From: a virus
Taxonomy: Duplodnaviria; Caudoviricetes
IMG/VR virus record: IMGVR_UViG_3300027763_000069
Span: 1-57,931 of that record
Reading direction: 5' to 3' (one strand)
Length of the DNA stretch: 57,931 nucleotides
The position numbers and the translations under genes are program-made. The notes under the pieces are model-generated. The model did no database searches. It worked only from the letters and a program-made list of their open reading frames with translations, and was not told where the DNA came from. This document shows positions 28,811 through 36,905 of this stretch, piece after piece (position 1 is the stretch's first letter; the number at the start of each line of letters is the position of its first letter).

Positions 28811-31516
28811 TTAGCCTAGTACTAAGCTCCAAACATTAAGAGATTCTTCTACTTGTTGTGCGCTTGCTTCGCCTACTAGTCCTTTAGCAGGGATCCATCC
28901 GTTGTCACCTAGTGCTGGGTTTCCAGAGTATACTTCACCTTCAAAGTTATCAGTATTAATTCTAAACTGTCCCGTTTCAGGATTGGGTTCTCTAGTGGTA
29001 GCGTCCCCTACAGGAACTACGACCCCGTTATCTCCAGTTGTTTTAAAATAACGATTACCAATATCTATAGTCAATGGAGTAGTAATAGTGTTGTCTTTTA
29101 TAGTTAGTCCAGCAACTACTACAGACTCTGCGGCAGTTGCGTGTGCAAGTGTAATAGTTGCACTAGATATTGTCCTACCTAGGAAGTTAATATTTCCTAT
29201 CTGTCCGCCTAACCTTGCACGAATGTTTCCGGTAATAAATGTATTACCGATACGAGTAATTTGACCAGTGTTTCCTAAGTTAAGATATGTGTCTTCTAAC
29301 ACTAGAACATTACCGTCTTCGGTTATTAAAATTTGGCTGTCTTCCGTTATTAATCTATCCCCTGCAATAATTTGGGGTTGATTAAACAGATAATTTCCAG
29401 TATGTATAACATTGCCTATTATTACTGTATTTGCTAGATACCCTTTCCCTAATATTGTTAAGTTTTGTCCTATTACTAGATCAGATGTCGTAGTAGTGAC
29501 CTTAGCATCAAACGATGCTAATACTAAATCATCATTTAAATTAGAAGGGCGTATTTGATTGCTGTCTAGAGTCGTGTTTCCTGCATAGGCTTTTTTCAAA
29601 TATGCATGATTCCACCTTAATGCTGTAGATCCTAAATCACGAGTATTATTGGCATCGGGTAACAAATCACTAGCAACGTCAGCAGTAAACGCCACAGTAT
29701 CAGATGTTTGATTACCTACAGTAAGGACACCGCCGACAGTTACATCTCCGTCAACTGATACATTTTTATCAACTTGTACATCGGCGTTTAAGTTTACCTG
29801 TGTAGACTGTGCGCTAAAATTAAAGTCTAGACTTTTGGTTAAGATAGTGTTATCTCTAAGTACAAAATCACCGGTATCTACTTTTGAATAATCAATGACA
29901 GTAACATTAGGCTGTGTACCAACAACAAGTCCGCTTGCTCCGTTAACACTACCTGATGCTAGGTCAATAGAAGTTGTACCTTTATCGTAATCAATATAAA
30001 ACTGATCGCCTACTCGATAGTTACCAATTTGGTCAACACTTTGATAATAGATCTTTCCTGTGTTTAGTTCTACAGTTTCGTTAGCTTGTATTACTAGCGT
30101 ATTGTCATTGCTTGAATCTAGTCCTGAGCCAATGTAGCCAAAGTTGTATTGTATCAAATACATTAGTGTACTTGCACCGTCTGCTACTGCACCATATGTT
30201 CCGTAGACACTGGCACTGGCAATAGCACGGACTTCAGCTCCAAATGTAACCCCTAAACTAGCAAAACCTAGTGAGCCTCTTGTGGCATATAGACTACGAT
30301 TGGCATAATAGGTAAATGAATTTAACCATTCTACCCTAACGCCGTTAGTCATTGTTAGCGCATCTACTCCAGGTGTGATAAATGTACAACTATGGAATAA
30401 CATACTAGCTTCGTTGCTAGTGGCGTTAACTACTGATCCATCAACTAGAGCACCTTTACCTGCATTAACTCCGCTAGTAATAACTGAACAATTTTGTACA
30501 TAAGGGCTACGAGTTGTTATATTTGCTCCGGCGGCAAAGCTAAATGCATACCCTTGATAGAAATTTGTAACAGTTAGATCAGCAACTGTTGTTTCGCCAT
30601 TAAGCAAAAATGCGTTGTTTGTATTAGTGCCAACTGTAGGTTGTATGGTTACTGCTCTAAGGCTAAGGCCTTTGACAGTTACTCCAGTTGGTATGGTTAA
30701 TGGAAACGCTTCAGTATAAGTACCCGGATAGATAAAAATAGTATCACCATTAGTAGCTACACTTAGAGCTTTTTGTATAGTAAGATAAGTTCCATTTTCG
30801 TGATTACCTTGATTAGTATCTAATCCGTTTGAAGAAACAAACCAAGTTTTACCCGGACGAAGTGCTGTATTAAGTCCTGCGTAAACCAATGTGCCTGTGT
30901 TTATTAGTGTGCCAAAATAGTTTTTAGCGTGTAGTTCATTCCATTTTTTATTACTAGCACCTAAAGAATAAAAAATATCTCGATCGGGTATAATGTTGCT
31001 GTCAACATCTGCAGCCAGTGTTACGCTGTCACTGCTGTCACTACCAAATATAATGCTGCCATCCGCAGTAATATCATTGGTACTGTGTATGTTACCGTAG
31101 ACATTGGTGTTAGCATGTATTTCTAACGTGCCTGTTGGACGAACTTCTATTTGAGTGTCAGGAGTTATTGTAGTTATTGCTCTGTCAGCAATGCTTAGGT
31201 CTAGTGTTTGTATTTCGTTAGTTAACACATAATCAGAGGCATTCATGATTACTGTACCGCTTGTTGCTCTGATTAAGTTATCTGGACCAATTTCTAAATT
31301 GCCAACATTGATCTTTGGAGCGTCAATAATGATGTAGTCAGTACGCAGGGTACCGTCAACATATAACTCCTTGTTGATAGGAGTACTGTTAATGCTCAGT
31401 GTTTTACCTGTGACGTCTAGATAAAGTAGCTGATTTTCAAATCTTAGATCATTACCATCTCGCAATAAATTTGCGTTAAGTAACGGACCTGAAATTCGAC
31501 CAAGCTGTTTAGACAT
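28811..31516 (-). CDS. Fibre-like virion protein (901 aa), paralogue of 25168..28689 lacking the LamG insert
   Basis: GRISGPLLNANLLR N-terminus; NAFLLNGETTV, TNGVRVEWLNSF and KIYYQSVDQIGNYRVG motifs collinear with the 1173 aa protein. Confidence 0.85.
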   Translation of the reverse strand: MSKQLGRISGPLLNANLLRDGNDLRFENQLLYLDVTGKTLSINSTPINKELYVDGTLRTDYIIIDAPKINVGNLEIGPDNLIRATSGTVIMNASDYVLTNEIQTLDLSIADRAITTITPDTQIEVRPTGTLEIHANTNVYGNIHSTNDITADGSIIFGSDSSDSVTLAADVDSNIIPDRDIFYSLGASNKKWNELHAKNYFGTLINTGTLVYAGLNTALRPGKTWFVSSNGLDTNQGNHENGTYLTIQKALSVATNGDTIFIYPGTYTEAFPLTIPTGVTVKGLSLRAVTIQPTVGTNTNNAFLLNGETTVADLTVTNFYQGYAFSFAAGANITTRSPYVQNCSVITSGVNAGKGALVDGSVVNATSNEASMLFHSCTFITPGVDALTMTNGVRVEWLNSFTYYANRSLYATRGSLGFASLGVTFGAEVRAIASASVYGTYGAVADGASTLMYLIQYNFGYIGSGLDSSNDNTLVIQANETVELNTGKIYYQSVDQIGNYRVGDQFYIDYDKGTTSIDLASGSVNGASGLVVGTQPNVTVIDYSKVDTGDFVLRDNTILTKSLDFNFSAQSTQVNLNADVQVDKNVSVDGDVTVGGVLTVGNQTSDTVAFTADVASDLLPDANNTRDLGSTALRWNHAYLKKAYAGNTTLDSNQIRPSNLNDDLVLASFDAKVTTTTSDLVIGQNLTILGKGYLANTVIIGNVIHTGNYLFNQPQIIAGDRLITEDSQILITEDGNVLVLEDTYLNLGNTGQITRIGNTFITGNIRARLGGQIGNINFLGRTISSATITLAHATAAESVVVAGLTIKDNTITTPLTIDIGNRYFKTTGDNGVVVPVGDATTREPNPETGQFRINTDNFEGEVYSGNPALGDNGWIPAKGLVGEASAQQVEESLNVWSLVLG

Positions 31517-31551
31517 AGATAATCCCCGGGTACTAGATGTACCTTATAGTA

Positions 31552-31558
31552 TATTTAT
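31552..31558 (-). promoter_or_regulatory. T4-type late promoter (ATAAATA)
   Basis: Minus strand CAATAAATATAC in the gap upstream of the 901 aa gene. Confidence 0.65.
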
Positions 31559-31569
31559 TGGGATTTAGA

Positions 31570-32412
31570 TTAACGGTCGAAACCGTGTAGTACAGTCACG
31601 TGCTTAGGATCTACAGTACCTAAAGGAACTGGGCCTTGGAACTGTAAGTAGTAGCCTGTTGGATAAACGGCACCTGCAAAAGTTTGTCCTGTTGTTGCAC
31701 TACTTAATCCAAGTACAGTAATAGCTACGCCTGCTGATTCGTTAGCTACTGTTTGACTAACTGTGATATCGCTAGCAGTTACATTGGTAATTGTGTAAGA
31801 ACCGCTGTTGCTGTTACTGCCTGTTACTGTGATAGTTTGGCCGTTGCGGAAGCCGCGATCAACCCAATTAACAGTGGCAGTGTTAGCACTACGAATCTTG
31901 TTACTAGGCGGGCTATCTACACGAACAAAACTGATGACCGTATCAGTTACACGGCAGGGATTTTGTAAAATTACATAGTTAGTGGTATGTAACTGCATGA
32001 CGTTTTCAACGAACACTAACAAGTTAGCACCTGACCATGTTGACTTATCATCTACTAGATCAGTTGTTGGAGGTGCAGGATTCAATGGGCCAAAAATGTA
32101 TTCTTCATCATCGCCGGTGCCTAGATCTTGTTGCACAATCTGTGTAGATTCTTTATAACGAAGACTGCGCCAAGCCGCGCGGCCGCCTGCTCCCTGATAG
32201 ACTTCTAATTCGTTTGATGTGGTATTGTATCTTAATTGTCCAAGGCTTGTTGGATTAATGCTGTCAACACCTCCTGGACGCTGACCAGTAGTTCCTTTTG
32301 GAACTCGAACTGCATTAGAAGTGCCCAGTGTAATTTCATTGCTGATCTGTACAGCAATACTATCGTCTTTTACATTACGAAAGTTAATTTGGCTTTTCTT
32401 TAAAAACTTCAT
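31570..32412 (-). CDS. Virion/fibre-associated protein (280 aa)
   Basis: VRVPKGTTGQRP...GQLRYNTT..LEVY..W motif shared with neighbouring fibre proteins; start overlaps the upstream stop (TAATG). Confidence 0.75.
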   Translation of the reverse strand: MKFLKKSQINFRNVKDDSIAVQISNEITLGTSNAVRVPKGTTGQRPGGVDSINPTSLGQLRYNTTSNELEVYQGAGGRAAWRSLRYKESTQIVQQDLGTGDDEEYIFGPLNPAPPTTDLVDDKSTWSGANLLVFVENVMQLHTTNYVILQNPCRVTDTVISFVRVDSPPSNKIRSANTATVNWVDRGFRNGQTITVTGSNSNSGSYTITNVTASDITVSQTVANESAGVAITVLGLSSATTGQTFAGAVYPTGYYLQFQGPVPLGTVDPKHVTVLHGFDR

Positions 32413-32729
32413 TAGCTTACTCTCATAGCACTTACTGTAGAGGCAACTGCATCGTCTGCAGAACAGGTTGCATGTATTCTGTCGCCTTCATTTAATACAA
32501 ATTTTTCTGTGTCAAATGTAAATGTTTCACTTGCTGGTAACTCTAACTGTTTAATAACTAAACTTGCATTACTTACAGCGCCACCACTTGGTACAGCATA
32601 TACATTGATAGTTACCGTTGATGCAGAATAGTTGCAAAACACCACACATGTAATTGCATACTCTACGTCAGCAGGGCATAAAAATAAATTATTTCCGCCA
32701 GTACTTAGTGTTTGATTATTGATTGCCAT
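32412..32729 (-). CDS. Small beta-rich virion protein (third paralogue)
   Basis: AITCVVFCN...TINVYAVP...VIKQLELPASETF...EKFVL..GDRI; AAGGA SD. Confidence 0.75.
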   Translation of the reverse strand: MAINNQTLSTGGNNLFLCPADVEYAITCVVFCNYSASTVTINVYAVPSGGAVSNASLVIKQLELPASETFTFDTEKFVLNEGDRIHATCSADDAVASTVSAMRVS

Positions 32730-32738
32730 TTTGTGTCC

Positions 32739-33794
32739 TTAAAATATCATACTGTAGGCTAATGCTTTTCTACGGCTGACTAATTCATCTCTTGTTGTTT
32801 CATTATTTACAAAATATATACCAGTGCCGCCAAATGTTTCTGGCTTAGTGTAAAGCACAATGCTACCGGGTGCCTGAGCAGGATCTTCTGCGGCTGTTGT
32901 AATTTTTAAATTGTCATCAACTACAACAGAGCCAGTTCCTGCGGCTCTTAACACTAGATCTAATCCTAGATCAGTTGTAGCTATTGTACCATTTGAGAAA
33001 CTAAAATTCTGTGTGGTAAATGCGTCAATTTTAAATTCAGCGTTTACTACACCATTTATCAATAGGGTCGCTTTGTTTTCAGCTTCACCGTTTTGCGTGT
33101 CAAATACTTGAAAGCGTGTATTGCTACGTGCAATAAAATTTGGAGGAGTAGCATCAAAGTATCCTGCAATCGCACCGTTGACCCATTTTACGTTTGGTAT
33201 TGCTTCTTCATAAGCCGTTTGGTTTTCTTCTACATACAGCTTATTATTAATTCTGTCTGCGTAATTGACTACGCCATGTACTGCAATAATAGCAGTGCCT
33301 GTTCCTGTTTCGCCAGGATGTGGACTTGGTCCAAGTAAGTTTAAATTTTGATCTTTGTCGTTAGTAGTAATGCTGTTAGTACGTATGCCTGTTAATAGTG
33401 TATTCTTTGTTTTAAAAACAAAAGCACCTTGCTTGTTACTGTTAGTTTGATTGTCAAACCACCATAGGCTTTCACTGAACAACATCTGTCCAGCACTAAA
33501 GACTCCACGACCAATTTCAATGCCAGCTTCACCGGTAGGGGATAAAATTCCGCTACCAGTGGGCTGTCCATTTTCGCCAAGTTGATTATTGATTACAATA
33601 ATGTTGTCAACCATTGATATAGTAGTTGACTCCACTGTTGTAGTATTTCCGTAAACCGTTAGGTCACCTGTAACAATAACATTACCGGGACTTGCGCCAA
33701 CATCTAAAGTAATAACACCATTACTGTCGTCTTGTCCGTTGTAACGAACTTTAACCTTATAGTCGGAATCGTTTACTTGTATAATTCTTGACAT
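32739..33794 (-). CDS. Fibre-like virion protein (351 aa)
   Basis: GNVIVTGDLTVYGNTTTVESTT....DNII..N and AGIEIGRG motifs, common in T4-like phage fibre proteins; AAGGA SD. Confidence 0.75.
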   Translation of the reverse strand: MSRIIQVNDSDYKVKVRYNGQDDSNGVITLDVGASPGNVIVTGDLTVYGNTTTVESTTISMVDNIIVINNQLGENGQPTGSGILSPTGEAGIEIGRGVFSAGQMLFSESLWWFDNQTNSNKQGAFVFKTKNTLLTGIRTNSITTNDKDQNLNLLGPSPHPGETGTGTAIIAVHGVVNYADRINNKLYVEENQTAYEEAIPNVKWVNGAIAGYFDATPPNFIARSNTRFQVFDTQNGEAENKATLLINGVVNAEFKIDAFTTQNFSFSNGTIATTDLGLDLVLRAAGTGSVVVDDNLKITTAAEDPAQAPGSIVLYTKPETFGGTGIYFVNNETTRDELVSRRKALAYSMIF

Positions 33795-33806
33795 GTTTTA
33801 TCCTTG

Positions 33807-33824
33807 TAGGGGCCGAAGCCCCTA
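33807..33824 (-). other. C(UUCG)G-capped 7 bp RNA hairpin between genes, no U-tract
   Basis: Minus strand TAGGGGC-TTCG-GCCCCTA followed directly by CAAGGA (SD). Confidence 0.7.
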
Positions 33825-33830
33825 TTACTA

Positions 33831-35108
33831 TTAAGCGTTTTCGATCTTTACTGTTGATACAGTAGTTGAACCAAAAACCCACTTAGCACCTTGGCCATTT
33901 TCAAACAGCCATGACGCTTCACCGTTTTGGGTATTACGAGTCAATCTTACTCTGTGTGCTGTTAGTTTGGTAACAAAGTATGTGTTGCCGTTATTGTCAG
34001 TAGCAGTAATGTATGCTTGATTTGCATCAGGTGTAGCATCTGCAACTAGTTTGCAAACTGCAATACCATTTGCTGTCTTAACTTTATAGCTACGAGCATT
34101 AACTTGACGAATAATGTCGCCAATTTCTACGCTAGCTTCAACATCAACTTTAGCGCGAATGATAATTGCATTTTCTTGATTAGTAGCTGAACCAACTAGA
34201 CCGCTGTCAGTTGTTAGAACTGCTGTTGCGGCTGCGCCCGTTGATCCGCTGAATGTTACAGCGGCATCTGCTGGTGCTGTATAACCAGAACCTCTTTGAG
34301 ATACTATAACACTTAATAGTCCCATTGTAATGTCTGCTTTGGCTCCGGCGCCAGTTGCTGGAGAAACTGATGTTAATGTACCTGCGGTACTAGTACTTGG
34401 GAATGATGTGTAATCGCCTGCTACAGAAACTGTACCAAATGCGTAAACACCCCAAATGCTTGATGGGAAAGAAAGTACTAACCCGATACCGTTGGCGTCG
34501 CCACCTGGAAAGCCTGCGATTGTAGTTGCCGAAAACCCGCCTACACCGTCGGCCATGCTAGTTGGAGCACCAGCGCCGTTCCATACACCTGCTTGAACAA
34601 CAGAAATTGTTAATACTGAACTTTCATCAACTGTTTCAACTTGAACAATCAATGGTGTTGTCAAGTTGGCATGTTCAAATCTGATTCTGTCGTTTTGAGT
34701 GCCTCTTAAATCATACTGTGAGCCACCGTTGGCAACTGTTGGGATTCCCATTGTAGTGATGCTTGCTACCGGAGCACGAGCTTTAGTTGTAGCTGTGCCG
34801 GTATATACTTCTAATACGTCACCAACTGCGTAACCTGTACCGTTGGCTGTTGTAGCAAATGATAGTGCTTTATAGTGTGCTGTACCTGCAACAGTAACTC
34901 CGCCTGGAATATTAGGTGCGCTAAATGTCACTGTTGGAATAGTTGTCCAACCTGATCCTGCTACGATTGAGCCGTAACTTGCTACACCTTCTCCGCCAAT
35001 ACGATCATCAGCGTAGTTTTGATTGTTTGCATTATTTCCAGTGATTTGATTACCACCAACACCTACGTTGCGGTTACCAAAATATTTTTTATTTAAAGGA
35101 CGAGCCAT
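33831..35108 (-). CDS. Putative structural protein (425 aa, MARPLNKKYFG...)
   Basis: Strong AAGGAG SD, own late promoter; GSGW/GTGY/GSGY beta repeats; function not recognised. Confidence 0.75.
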   Translation of the reverse strand: MARPLNKKYFGNRNVGVGGNQITGNNANNQNYADDRIGGEGVASYGSIVAGSGWTTIPTVTFSAPNIPGGVTVAGTAHYKALSFATTANGTGYAVGDVLEVYTGTATTKARAPVASITTMGIPTVANGGSQYDLRGTQNDRIRFEHANLTTPLIVQVETVDESSVLTISVVQAGVWNGAGAPTSMADGVGGFSATTIAGFPGGDANGIGLVLSFPSSIWGVYAFGTVSVAGDYTSFPSTSTAGTLTSVSPATGAGAKADITMGLLSVIVSQRGSGYTAPADAAVTFSGSTGAAATAVLTTDSGLVGSATNQENAIIIRAKVDVEASVEIGDIIRQVNARSYKVKTANGIAVCKLVADATPDANQAYITATDNNGNTYFVTKLTAHRVRLTRNTQNGEASWLFENGQGAKWVFGSTTVSTVKIENA

Positions 35109-35203
35109 TTTGTTTTCTCCTTAAGAAATCACGGCGTTCTAGGCCGTACGCGGTTGCTGTTCCGCATAAAACTTGCACCATGCAAGCCATACAAAGTATT
35201 TAT
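35109..35203 (-). promoter_or_regulatory. Late promoter ATAAATA (35197-35203) followed by a three-hairpin 5' leader
   Basis: Stems CUUGCA/UGCAAG, UAUGCGG/CCGCGUA and ACGGC/GCCGU, then UUUCUUAAGGAG SD. Confidence 0.6.
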
Positions 35204-35659
35204 CTAGTTTACTAAGTTAAAGGCTAGGCTTATTCTGTTTTCACTAGATTTGTTGGCTAACACTCTGTGCTCTGTACCGCTAGGAAATATCAATAACAAA
35301 CCTGTATGAGGAGTTATAGCTGATACTTGATTGTTCATTTTAAACTCTATATCTCCGCAGTTCTCAGATGTTTGTAAGTATAATACACCCACAGTCGTTG
35401 CTGTTCCGTGACTGTGCCATCTATGATGTCCCCCTGTGGGATTAACATTAAACCAAAATTTATGTACTGGCTTAGATGCAGTCATTGCCTTAAGGCAAGC
35501 TGTTACTGTAGATTCTGCCCAATCTAATTCTTTAAAGTTTCCGTATTGTTTTGACTGCCAACCCGATATATTGCTTCTATTATCCGAAGGATACTTAGAT
35601 TGCAGTTTATAGATTTGGTCTATGATGTCAGGAACGGCTAGAGTGTATTGCTGTATCAT
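35204..35659 (-). CDS. Putative 2OG-Fe(II) oxygenase
   Basis: WFNVN..GG.H.WHSH...GVLYL...GDIEF...P..G.LLIFPS..EHRV..N.S...RISLAFN: HxH...H...RxS double-stranded beta-helix pattern. ATG at 35659 preferred to TTG at 35662. Confidence 0.85.
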   Translation of the reverse strand: MIQQYTLAVPDIIDQIYKLQSKYPSDNRSNISGWQSKQYGNFKELDWAESTVTACLKAMTASKPVHKFWFNVNPTGGHHRWHSHGTATTVGVLYLQTSENCGDIEFKMNNQVSAITPHTGLLLIFPSGTEHRVLANKSSENRISLAFNLVN

Positions 35660-35663
35660 CAAG

Positions 35664-35670
35664 TATTTAA
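35664..35670 (-). promoter_or_regulatory. Late promoter variant (TTAAATA) 4 nt upstream of the oxygenase ATG
   Basis: Minus strand TTAAATA-CTTG-ATG immediately after the capsid terminator; no SD. Confidence 0.55.
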
Positions 35671-35676
35671 GTCAAG

Positions 35677-35700
35677 AAAAAGCCCACCGAAGTGGGCTTT
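35677..35700 (-). terminator. Rho-independent terminator after the major capsid gene
   Basis: Minus strand AAAGCCCAC-TTCG-GTGGGC-TTTTT. Confidence 0.9.
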
Positions 35701-35722
35701 GACTTTATTACTAAGTCAGTGA

Positions 35723-36895
35723 TTAACTGAACTTTAGTTCACCGCTAGTTACTTGAACAGTACCTAGGTAGTCGGCAGCGTTACCTAAAGATGACGCTGT
35801 GTTTGTTAACTCAACATAACCATAACGTGTCATGAATGAAACGACTGGTTCGAATGTTGATGGGTCAAGAACAACACCACTGCTCATCAATGGAATGTAT
35901 GGGCAATAGAAAGCGGCTGCGTCAGATTCGCTAGAACCTTTGTAACCGATTAGAATGTCGTCTGTACCTGCATAGGTATTAACATAGATCTTCATTGCTG
36001 AGTTCAATGTACCAACCATCTTTGTGTTAGTTGGAGCTTCGAATGTACCTTCTGTTGTACGAGCAAATGCGCTTGTAGTAGCAGATTGTAACACTGTCAA
36101 CATTGTTGGGCTAACAACAGCCCAGTTACCAGCACCACGACGTGTACGCTGAGCGATACGGTTAGCAACACGGTTGATCTGAACTGCCAATGCGGCATGC
36201 TCATCACCAACGAATGTAGCTGTACCAGAAACATTGCTCTGATCATATACTTCGAAGTTTTGTGAACCAGCTAATGATGCTAGAGATGCTAGGATCTCTT
36301 GATCGATTTCAGCTGTAATTTCTTGCGCTAGTGCAGCCATGATTTCTGCTTCGATGTCAATGCCTTGTTGGGCTTGTGCATCTTGAGCAGCCTCGAATGT
36401 CCAACGAGCAGACAACTTACGAGTTTTGGCTTCAACTGTTTGCTTCAAGATTTGAATGCTTAACTTGTTACCTGCTACGCCTTCTAGAGCGGCTGTTGAG
36501 GCAGCACGTCCTGAAGTAGCACCAGAGTAGCTTTCAGCAATCTTGAATGGTGATAGAGCTTCTTCACCAGCTACTGCACCAGATGTTCCAGAATTATATG
36601 TATCGCTGTAGCGAACACGTAATGTGTGGATTTGTCCAACTGGTCCAGTCATTGGTTGTACACCAACTAGTTCATTAGCAATGACTGTTGGCATTACACG
36701 TCTGATCACTGGAAGGATCACACGATTTAGGGTTGCAACGTTACCGGCAGAAGTGGCACCAGCTGTAGCAGATTCTGACAAGTACTTACGAGTATTCTCT
36801 AAAGTAGTAGCCATTACGCTCTTTTTGGTTCCTTGAAGGCCTTCTAATAGTGCCTCTTTAGTTTCTTGCCAGCGGCTTTCTAGTAGTTCTGACAT
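35723..36895 (-). CDS. gp23: Major capsid protein (T4 gp23-like)
   Basis: LPVIRRVMP..IA.ELVGVQPMTGPVGQI..LR..Y, VEAKTRKL.ARWT.E.AQD, EI.AEID.EI, FYCPYIPL, DP.TF.P...F.TRYG: diagnostic gp23 motifs; GGAG SD. Confidence 0.97.
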   Translation of the reverse strand: MSELLESRWQETKEALLEGLQGTKKSVMATTLENTRKYLSESATAGATSAGNVATLNRVILPVIRRVMPTVIANELVGVQPMTGPVGQIHTLRVRYSDTYNSGTSGAVAGEEALSPFKIAESYSGATSGRAASTAALEGVAGNKLSIQILKQTVEAKTRKLSARWTFEAAQDAQAQQGIDIEAEIMAALAQEITAEIDQEILASLASLAGSQNFEVYDQSNVSGTATFVGDEHAALAVQINRVANRIAQRTRRGAGNWAVVSPTMLTVLQSATTSAFARTTEGTFEAPTNTKMVGTLNSAMKIYVNTYAGTDDILIGYKGSSESDAAAFYCPYIPLMSSGVVLDPSTFEPVVSFMTRYGYVELTNTASSLGNAADYLGTVQVTSGELKFS

Positions 36896-36905
36896 AAATT
36901 TCTCC

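Noticed and set aside
796-31516. Diversity-generating retroelement or invertible fibre cassette
   Set aside because: No reverse transcriptase or recombinase gene, no near-identical TR/VR pair noticed, and all fibre genes are co-oriented; a distant TR outside the window cannot be excluded.
146-33580. Many 60-150 aa ORFs antisense or out of frame within the fibre genes
   Set aside because: Shadow ORFs expected from Thr/Gly/Ala/Val-rich coding on the opposite strand; fully nested in long genes with no recognisable motifs.
35131-35147. preQ1-I riboswitch-like loop GUUCUAG
   Set aside because: Present only on the strand antisense to the downstream gene, and lacks the adjacent A-rich 3' tail.
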